Part shown: in pieces, positions 10,180 to 19,000 of the stretch
Layout of the letters: each line of letters starts with the position of its first letter
Position numbering within the stretch: position 1 is the stretch's first letter
IMG/VR virus record: IMGVR_UViG_2667527945_000002
Span: 17,984-81,983 of that record
Length of the DNA: 64,000 nt
Strand: one strand, 5' to 3'
Origin: a virus
Lineage: Duplodnaviria; Caudoviricetes
Translations under genes and position numbers: made by a program
The notes under the pieces: model-generated
What the model was told of the DNA's origin: nothing
What the model saw: the letters and a program-made list of their open reading frames with translations, nothing else
Databases searched by the model: none

Positions 10180-10782
10180 GTGAGTTACTTATCTTTCGAC
10201 TATGCCCAATTCAATGAAAAGGGCCTGAAGAAAGTCATTGACGAATTCAAACGTCAAAAACTTCAGGTTACAAGCGTTGAGGCGGACAACAAAGCCAAAC
10301 GACAGTCTGGTGTTCAGACTAAAAAAGCCATTCTCCATTTTGCCGACGGACAGAAACTCATGTTTCAAGCCACGGCGCAAGGAGCTATTTTCCAAGTTCG
10401 CCTCAATACGAGAGTGATCCCCATTAAGCATGTTGATGATCTGAAAAAAGCCGTTGCTGAAATCGCTGGCAAAATCAGCGCGAACAGCAAGCAATTTCAA
10501 CAAACCTTAAAAAAACGGGCATCCAGAGCCAGCAGTTCGAGCAAGGACGCATCTAGCCGAGCTAAAACATCACTCAAGGCCCAATTGGCCCTCGCCAATT
10601 CAGACAAGCAAGAGTTGGAGTCCTCCGTGGAGGAAAAGCGCCAACAAAAGCAAGCCTTAGAAGAAGCGCTCCCCGTTAAAGAGCAAAACAAGTCAGACAT
10701 TAGCGCTCAAATAACACAAGAGTATTCCGTTTCTGAGCAACTGGAATCAGAGTTAAAACAATTAGAGGAGTCCGCCGCATGA
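10180..10782 (+). CDS. hdf: Hdf (DarA-homologous antirestriction/head protein)
   Basis: FNEKGLK...DGQ...RLN..IP...NSKQFQ as in P1 Hdf; GTG start with GGAG RBS. Confidence 0.85.
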   Translation: MSYLSFDYAQFNEKGLKKVIDEFKRQKLQVTSVEADNKAKRQSGVQTKKAILHFADGQKLMFQATAQGAIFQVRLNTRVIPIKHVDDLKKAVAEIAGKISANSKQFQQTLKKRASRASSSSKDASSRAKTSLKAQLALANSDKQELESSVEEKRQQKQALEEALPVKEQNKSDISAQITQEYSVSEQLESELKQLEESAA

Positions 10783-12295
10783 ACCCAGCAAAAGGATTAA
10801 AAGTATTTGCCATGCCGGACCCATTGGCAAAAGGTTTCACTCGCTCACAAGTCAGCGAAGCTATGTATCAGCTAACAGCCGATCCAGAACAAGCCGCATT
10901 GATGATGGAAGTTGAGCCTTTATCTGTCATGGACGCCGCTTATATCGAGGGTGAGCTGGTAGAAAAACAAGATGGGTTTGTGCTGGATGCAGTAACAACC
11001 AGCTATGCTGTATTTCCTCGCACCATGAAAGCACTCGCCAGAGCACTTAACCGAGCGTTATCAAGCAGCGATGTCACCGTAACCGGCCATGAGGTTGGTC
11101 AGCCAAAGAAAAACAACCTGTTTGCTACCGTGGCCGCGCAATTTACGCTAAGCGATGGGCAGGCGATTAGTGTTGTATTTCACGCCCCTGACGAAGATCC
11201 AAAGATATTCAAACCAGACGATATTGTTATTGCTTTTCGATGGTTGCTGAATAAACGAGACATTACACCCGTTGTTGCCCCTGAAATGAGTAAGGGGAAA
11301 ATGCGAGAAGTATCTCTAACTACGATCGGGAAGCGCATTGGCCATTTAGCCGCTGAAAACTCCAAAGCGTTCCAAGCCAAGCAAAAAGAGGTGACGGCAG
11401 CAAGAGAGCAGCTCGCCAGCTTGGAAGAATCCGCAAACAGCTTACTGGATGAGCTTAATAAGCTGACCACTGAAGTGTCTCAACTTGAAGGCCGCGATCA
11501 AGAGCTTGAGCACATGGTCACGGTCAAGTCCGAAGAGCTAGCAACTCGTAAAAGTTACAATGATAGTCTACGTGAAAAATCGCCGCTCTGAAAGCTGCAG
11601 CGCCCGAACCAACTCCAGAGCCAACAACTGAACAGGGTGAAGGCGAACCGCAACCAGAAGAAAATGCCGCATTAGAGCGTTTTCAGCTGGTGGATCCGTC
11701 ATTGTATAACGATGTGCTTTCATCAATGAGCACGATCACGGCTATTGACCGTGGGGAAGAGAAAGGGTTAACTCGCTCACTCTTTGTCAATTCCATTGTT
11801 AACAAGTTAAAGACTCGACATAACAATGGTCAGTCTGAAGTCGTTGATGCCGCATTAGATTTTATCTCTGAAGCACAAAAAACGCTTGATAAACCAATCA
11901 TTTCAGCTCGAAATGGCGTTTGGGCTTTGCATAGCAATGCTACTGGCAGCAAGGAAGAGAAGGATGAACAGGCCACGCCGGAACCGGATGCACCTGAAGC
12001 GTCGCCAACGTCTGCAGATACGCCGTCACCAGTGGAACCTGATACACCTGCAGAATCCCAAGAAGGGGAAAGTAGTGAAATGAATGAGCAATCTATAGGT
12101 GATAAGCCTCAAGCCGTACTAACATTAGAGAATATTGTTAATGGTGTACATGATGATGTTGCTGCAGATGATGTGCTTGAAATGATAGAAGAAGCCAGCG
12201 AAGAGTTAGAAAAACTAGAACTGGTGGAGCAATATGACGCCCTAATCGGCTCAGCGGTAGAAAGATACGCAGAGTTAGATGAGAAGCAGGAGTAA
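10779..12295 (+). CDS. darA: DarA antirestriction protein (split by a 1-nt deletion in the A-run at ~11575)
   Basis: RTMKALARALN, LSDGQAISVVFH.P, LLNKRDIT..VAP motifs; adding one A joins the 10779 and 11690 ORFs via REKIAALKAAAPEPTPEP. Confidence 0.85.
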
Positions 12296-12300
12296 TAGGC

Positions 12301-12612
12301 ATGTTATCTGGTGTAGAGAAACTCAAGCTGGCAAAAGAAATCCGTCAGCTTAGAAAGCAAATAAGAAGCACATCAATCAAAGGTATTGAAAAGTTAAAAA
12401 TTGCCAAACAAATCAAAGCAGTTCGTGCTCAGATTGTGGGTGGAGCTAAAAAACTCGCGTCTCGACTCGAAGAGCTGATAAGTGGCAAGTTTGACAACTT
12501 AGAGCCGGTAAAATTCATCACTATTGTGCGCGAAGTATCTGAAGAGTCGGGCGAATTTGAGTCCGTTAAGCAACCAGTAATTAACTATGTCGAAAAAAGA
12601 CTCCCAGCCTAA
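12301..12612 (+). CDS. ddrA: DdrA-like protein
   Basis: Tandem GxEKLKxA repeat, size and position after darA as in P1. Confidence 0.6.
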   Translation: MLSGVEKLKLAKEIRQLRKQIRSTSIKGIEKLKIAKQIKAVRAQIVGGAKKLASRLEELISGKFDNLEPVKFITIVREVSEESGEFESVKQPVINYVEKRLPA

Positions 12613-14356
12613 AAAGAAGGCTGTCATTTCAGCCATTCAAGCGTCCAGCAAGATAGACGGTCTATGTGCCGTCTTCCTTGGCGCCTTTGGTGAAGTGATG
12701 AGTGCTCAAACGCATCAAGCTAAAGCACTCAAACAAAAATTGATCGACACCGAGGATGATTTAGAAAAATTCCAAGTTTGGCGAGACATTGTTTCGCTGC
12801 AAGTGGAGCTTAGCCGCTACGATGATAATCGTTTAGAAGCAATCGCTGAGCAAGGTGCAGACCTTAACAGTTTGCGACAGGCTTACATTGTGCCTGATGA
12901 TCTTGACGAACGTCAGCGCCAATTCTGGCAACAGCAAGGCGACAGCTTTCTCAATGAGGTGATTTCCCCAGAGAAATCAAAGTTACTCAAAGAGGTGGCG
13001 AGTAGCATCAATGAGTTACTCCGAAGTAATCCTGATATCAATGAAAGAATTGAACGTCTCGAAGATGAATACATATCGCCATTGGCAGAAAAAGCCAGAG
13101 GGGTGATAGGTAAGATCCATGAGCAAGGGCAAAGCGAAGTGCTTATGTCTGAGTTTGAAATGATACGTTCAGCCATTGAATCTGCTCACAGAACTCAAAT
13201 TGACCCTGTTCTTATGGCCTCAAGTGAAGAGTTGGACCACGTAGCGCGAGAGCAGCTTCAATCACTGCAGGAACAAAAAAAGCGCCTTGGTACCGAGTTG
13301 ATGTCAGATGTCTACGACTCTCTGTTGGAGCATTCAAGCATTTCTTCAGAAGAAGCAGACCTATGGGCCAAAACTCAAGAGATCAGCGCTTCAGCGGTCA
13401 CTAGGATGCGAAAGTCGGGCTATCCTGAGTCAGAAGTTAGACGCGACATGGCAACGTACTATCGCTTGATTAATGGACGTCTGGATAATGTTCGCCTTGT
13501 AACTACAGGGAGTAAGCGTGCAAGCGCCATTATCAATACGGCGACCATTGATATTGACCATGATTTTGACCGTCGAACCTTGTTTCACGAAATGAGCCAC
13601 TTGTTAGAGTCGGATGAGTCGGTCAAGTTGGCCAATCAACGATTTATTCAAAAACGCGCTTCTGGTACCCCTCAGCGCCTTAGTGAGCTGACCAATAACC
13701 GATCCTACAAAAGTGATGAAGTCGCTATCCCTGATAACTTCTACTCACCATATGTCGGTAAAGTCTATGAAAGTGGCGCAACTGAAGTGGCTTCCATGGG
13801 GATCCAACAGTTCTCATCACTAGAAAGCATGTATGCGCTTTATGACAGTGATGATGAAATGTTTACTCTGATGGTCGGTATGATGACAGGGGTTAATGAC
13901 ACGCTCATTCAGCGTCAAAAGAAACAGTTCGACAAACAAGTCAATGGCGCTGGATTTAACGTTGCAGTGAAAAAGCTCATCAACCAGCTATCTTGGCAAG
14001 ATGGTCATAGGATGACGTCTGATGAAGCTTGGCAGCAAGCATTGACAGGGAAAGGAAAAACTAACGCACACAATAAAAAGTGGGGCTGGAAACGCACACT
14101 AGGCAGTTGTGAGCTTTTCCCCGCTAAAGCACCACGCCAGAGAAAGCAGATTTATGGAGTGACAGTGGCTGGTGGCGATAGCGAACAGTCGAAACGCCAC
14201 TTTTTTAGAGAAAGATTGCAGGCTGATATCTTCGTGTATATTCACGAGTTGTCGGTTCGAGGTATTAAGCCATTACCTCAAAGCGCTTTCTATCTTGCCT
14301 GCAACAATCAAGCACCTGATTGGTATCAACCTGATACTGAATTACCACTTATTTAA
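12587..14356 (+). CDS. ddrB: DdrB-like protein with zincin (HExxH) metallopeptidase-like domain
   Basis: YRLINGR, LFHEMSHLLE, Y.GKVY, ATEVASM match the P1 DdrB C-terminal half. Confidence 0.75.
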   Translation: MSKKDSQPKKKAVISAIQASSKIDGLCAVFLGAFGEVMSAQTHQAKALKQKLIDTEDDLEKFQVWRDIVSLQVELSRYDDNRLEAIAEQGADLNSLRQAYIVPDDLDERQRQFWQQQGDSFLNEVISPEKSKLLKEVASSINELLRSNPDINERIERLEDEYISPLAEKARGVIGKIHEQGQSEVLMSEFEMIRSAIESAHRTQIDPVLMASSEELDHVAREQLQSLQEQKKRLGTELMSDVYDSLLEHSSISSEEADLWAKTQEISASAVTRMRKSGYPESEVRRDMATYYRLINGRLDNVRLVTTGSKRASAIINTATIDIDHDFDRRTLFHEMSHLLESDESVKLANQRFIQKRASGTPQRLSELTNNRSYKSDEVAIPDNFYSPYVGKVYESGATEVASMGIQQFSSLESMYALYDSDDEMFTLMVGMMTGVNDTLIQRQKKQFDKQVNGAGFNVAVKKLINQLSWQDGHRMTSDEAWQQALTGKGKTNAHNKKWGWKRTLGSCELFPAKAPRQRKQIYGVTVAGGDSEQSKRHFFRERLQADIFVYIHELSVRGIKPLPQSAFYLACNNQAPDWYQPDTELPLI

Positions 14357-14401
14357 TACTCTTTAGTTTAGCCGACTCCCTATCAACAGGGAGCCGGTTC
14401 A

Positions 14402-14968
14402 TTATTCGCATCCTAAAATCCTCGTCATGCCTTCAACCACGTTTAATCGGATCCGTGCTAACGAAAGTTTTAGCTTAGCTTGCGCTACGCCTTCCTCTGC
14501 TTGCTCCTTTGCCGTGGGTGATACCTTTGCTTCGCTGTGAAGTACAGGTAAGTCTCTATGAGAGAAAAAATCCAACACATGAGGCTGAAACAGTTCAACG
14601 GGCGGTGTTGAATACCCTTGATGTACTGCTCGTTCGTAAATCCGCTCAAACTGAGCATGATTTGCGTGCTTGCAGTAAGTTAAAAAGCGATCCCGCATGG
14701 TACGGTCTGCCACACCAATCATCATTGCTGCATCATGGATGCGTGCTCCGAGAAAGATAGACAATATCGCCTTTTGTGTTTCGTCAGTGTATAGGAAGTT
14801 AGTCTTTTCCTCTGACGATACTGGTGAGGTCGCCGACTCCTGAACGACCTCGTTTGGATAGTTCGTGACATCCATTTCTTTTCTGCGTCCTGCTGACTCA
14901 AGATAGCCTGTCCCAAAGTCCGTTTTTTCAATATGAGTTATCACAGTATGAAAGTAGTCACCTAGCAC
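14402..14968 (-). CDS. LexA-regulated HTH-like protein, paralogue of 31887..32303
   Basis: GTG start with GGAGA RBS; GA....A...GV......YC..AN.....ERI...A.HQ shared with the 31887 ORF. Confidence 0.7.
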   Translation of the reverse strand: MLGDYFHTVITHIEKTDFGTGYLESAGRRKEMDVTNYPNEVVQESATSPVSSEEKTNFLYTDETQKAILSIFLGARIHDAAMMIGVADRTMRDRFLTYCKHANHAQFERIYERAVHQGYSTPPVELFQPHVLDFFSHRDLPVLHSEAKVSPTAKEQAEEGVAQAKLKLSLARIRLNVVEGMTRILGCE

Positions 14969-15020
14969 TACGTCTTCTCCTTTTCTTATTATGGAAGTGC
15001 AACCTTTGCACTAACATAGA

Positions 15021-15040
15021 TACTGTTTAAATATACAGTA
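15021..15040. promoter_or_regulatory. LexA (SOS) box
   Basis: TACTGTTTAAATATACAGTA = CTGT-N8-ACAG with TA flanks, ~50 bp upstream of the 14968 start. Confidence 0.85.
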
Positions 15041-15132
15041 TCTTACATCTTTTTTATATAAATCAAAGACTCAATAAGGGCGAGTATGCATAAGAAGAGA
15101 TATGTTGTATGTAGACAAAAAAGTCCACAAAA

Positions 15133-15882
15133 CTAACGAACTCTGAATGAGTCCGCCTTTGTGATTACTTTGAGTGATGAATGACTAGACAATAAAGTAC
15201 GGAGTTCAAACACGCTATAGCCCGTCTTCTCTCGAATTCGAGCCTTCATCGAACGCACGGTAGAGGGCTTAATCCCTAGCCTTTCTGCGGATTCTTTATC
15301 GGATAACCCCATTCTTTTGCAAAAATAAGACGAGACTCAGCCATGCTGAGCGGGTTTGAAAGGTCGGCAAAGTCAGGCACCTTCACATGCCTAGAATCAC
15401 TGACTCGAAAAAATCATTTATTAAAAATGCGGTACCAATCAAGTTTCCATTCAGGTCAATCAACGGGTATTTCTGCGTTTCAACGGTATGCAATTTGACA
15501 CGATCACCAAAAAGTAATCGCAATCTGCAAAAACCATCGCTTGGCGCTCTTCCATAATGAGCTGATCTTGCATTGCATACCCTTTGGCAACCTCATCACT
15601 CACACAAGTTGGCATTTCTTCTAGTCTCTTGCCGTAAAAACTGTACCCACAAGGCAAATCAACCAGCTCCCGATAATGGCAATTCATTACAAGGTATTCA
15701 GAGTTAACCCCTTTGATACCAGCGGGACCCGGATATCGCATCAGTTCAGCGACAAGGCAGTCACAAAGCACGAACTGTCCTGAGTGGATGCCATGATGAA
15801 TGGACGTGTCCTTTCGTGGATAGCATCGCCGGCACAGGTGTTTATTTTTATTTAAGCAATCGTTATAGCTCTTTGCGGTCAT
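15133..15882 (-). CDS. VqmA-like PAS + LuxR-type HTH transcription factor (three 1-nt homopolymer deletions in this assembly)
   Basis: PGPAGIKGVNSEY..MN..YREL...G....EMP...QD...KYPLIDLNGNLIGT (PAS) then LSMAE...GLSDKESAERLGIKPSTVRSMKARIREKTG (LuxR HTH) after restoring one T at ~15510, ~15410 and ~15322. Confidence 0.75.
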
Positions 15883-16079
15883 TCTATCCTCGAAAATATC
15901 TGTTAGACCGCCAACTGTAAAACGTAATTTATATATTAATTATTATGTTAATTCTTATTGTAGAACAAATTTTGACAAATTTATGTGGATGCCTGTATTC
16001 ATGTGGCTTGTTACCCTCCAAATGAACATTAATGTTTGCCCATCAACAGGAGGATGGCGAGCCTCCCGCCATAAGCTGA

Positions 16080-19000
16080 ATGTACAAATTCTTAATAACA
16101 ACCCCTTTTAAATCAGAAGTTTCCATTCTGATTAGTTCCGAGTGGGACCAAAAATCGAACGTCGAAATGGAAGGTTCAGACGATGACAAAAAGATGATAG
16201 AAAATTTCATCCGTTTTCATGGTATGACTCCCGACGGTCGCTTAGCTGGCCTACCAGAAATAGCACCAATGAGCGCTCATTATTCATTTACAACTAAAGC
16301 CGCTGTAGAACAGGGCTTTTCTATTACGTTTATTCAAGGTGAGCAAAAACCATACCCACACCGTGATGTGATCTTTGATAGCGCCAGTGATGACGCCCCA
16401 TCGTTCACCACCAAACCACAGTCCTTTAAACTGCAAGACCGTTACCAATTTCAAAACTTACCCATTTCGATTGAGAACAAAGCTGGCACGAAACGCTCTG
16501 GCGTCGATCCGGATGGTAGCGAATGGTCCGTCTCAATGCATTATGACTACGGATACATAAGGTCAACCAAAGGCACCGATCAGGAAGGTATCGACTGTTA
16601 CGTTGGACCAAACCGAAAAGCCGATCACGTCTACATCGTAAAACAACATGCGATCGAAAAAGTAAAGCAGTGGTCGTCTAAGTATTGCCCTCAATGCAAA
16701 GAACACACGCACGACTGTGCATGTCCTGAATTCTTTGATGAAGACAAAGTAATGCTGGGCTTTGATAATAAAGAACAAGCAAAAGCAGCCTATCTGAAGC
16801 AGTACGATTCCGATCTGTTCTTAGGACCGATCTCTACCATGCGCATAGAAGACTTCAAGAAAGCGATCGCTGATGCTGATGGAGAGGAATTAGACCTGCC
16901 GTTACAGTTTGTTCATGATCATGCCGTGCTGGATAGCGCAACGAACGAAGAAATCAAAGCGCTACAAAACGCAAAAGATATCAACGAATTAGAAAGCGTT
17001 TTCAATCAATTATTTACTCCTACCAATTATGCTGATGAGCGCGATTTCGGTCTAAAAGCAAGCGGGGTAAAAACAAGAGAAGCGATCAATAACAAGGTAA
17101 AAGCGATCGTTGATCGAATTAAGGCGGCAAACTGGGATACCAGCAGCTTGAGCGCCGAAGATTATGATCTGCTTGTACAGTACTCTGGTCGTGGGGGACT
17201 AAGTGAAAACAGCCAGTACGAGTACTACACACCAACTTACATCGCAGAAGGGTGTTGGGACTTATTGAACGCTAACGGCTTTGATAATGGTAACGTGCTA
17301 GAACCTTCAGCGGGTGCCGGTGTGTTTAATGCGACTAAGCATCAAGGCGTGAAAATGACGGCAACAGAAATCGATCCGATCAGTTCTGCCGTAAATAAAA
17401 TCCTTCACCCTGAAGACAACGTATTTAATCAGTCATTTGAAACGATGGCCGTTGAATCTCCCGACAATCACTTTGATTCCGTTATTGGCAATATTCCATT
17501 TGGTAGCGCTCGTGGCGCGTCGGCCCACGACGATCCTGACCATAAAAATGAAAAACTGATTGAACGTTACTTTATCAACCGTCTCATCGACAAAGTGAAG
17601 CCGAGCGGATTACTGGTGCTCGTGGTTCCCGTCAATATTGTCCGTGAGCGTGGTAAGGCGTGGCAAAAATGGCGAGCTAAAATCAGTAAGAAAGCGGAAT
17701 TTCTTGGTGCTCATAAACTCCCAAGCAAAACATTTGGTAAACAAGGGACTGGTGTTGTCACCGATATTATCGTTCTTCGTAAGCACTCAAAGAATGGCGC
17801 TGAGAAAATAGCTCAACTCCCAATGGCACAACTGCAGGAATCTAACGTGCTCTGGGATACCTTTATTGAAGGTAAATGGTGGGACCGCGATGGCAAACCG
17901 TTCATTCACGGTAAGTTCGTCGCCAAAGATGCGAGCAAAATCCGTGATGATGACAAAGTTATCCGTGATTCAAGCGTAACTGATGTAGCGCTCAAACGAA
18001 AACTAGCCGCTAAGTTCCACTCTCGCATAGATTGGGAAGCTCTTGATACGGCAGAGCCTGTGATTCATAACTATGTTGAAGGCGATCGTCGAGTGATTGA
18101 TGAACGCACCTACGAGTTCACTCGTGGTAACTGGGAACCAGCAGACAGCCTGCAGGGAATGACAACCGCCATAGACAAAAATAAGTATGGGGTATCTTCG
18201 CTTGAAGCACTGCAGGGGCTGCTTGAAAGTAATCATGGGTTAATGTCGCTTTCGGTTAAGCAAGCCTTTGCTGCGATGAAAGCATGGGGCCATTTATTCA
18301 GTAAGCCCCAAAAACAAGCGATTGAGTTTGCAATGACTCAACCAAGTGATGAATACCGAGAGCAAATTTTCAGAGGCTCACTTATTGGCGCGGATCTCGC
18401 TCGTTTCCAAAATGACACCAACCAAGGCGAATGGAATGCGACAGAACAAATGCGCCTTCAAGAGCTGGTGGCGAATGAAATCAATAAATATGGGCATCCA
18501 AAACAAAACAAGGGATTGATCCTCGCTGGTGAAAGCTCTCGCTACTTTGGTGTATTTTCTAACGCCATGGATGAAAACGGAGATTACTCCACTCTACTAA
18601 CCGGTGATGTGAGCACAAAAGGACTGGCATTTGACGATACCAATCCACATGCCATCGTTGAGCACCTGTATCTACGAGAGGGCATGACTCATATTACGCT
18701 AGAAGACATACAGCAGCTGTACAAGGGTAAAACACCTATCCAATCGCTGTCTGATCTGGCCGACAACAAAAACCTTGCCATTCACCCTGACGGGCTTGTA
18801 ATGCCAATGACTCGCTTTTGTTCAGGAGACGTTTACCAAAAAGTGCTAACACTAAGCCATGCACTTAATCTTGAGACGGATCCAAAGCTAAAAGCCAAGT
18901 ATCAGCAACAGCTTGAAGAGATAGAGCAGCGACGCTTCAAAACAGAATCAGAAAACATTGCTTTCTCAATGCGCCACAAGTGGATTGACCGCAAATATGT

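Noticed and set aside
15882-16080. Qtip-like small ORF divergent from the VqmA-like gene
   Set aside because: Only a 29-codon ORF without an RBS (16022) overlapping the darB start; not enough support
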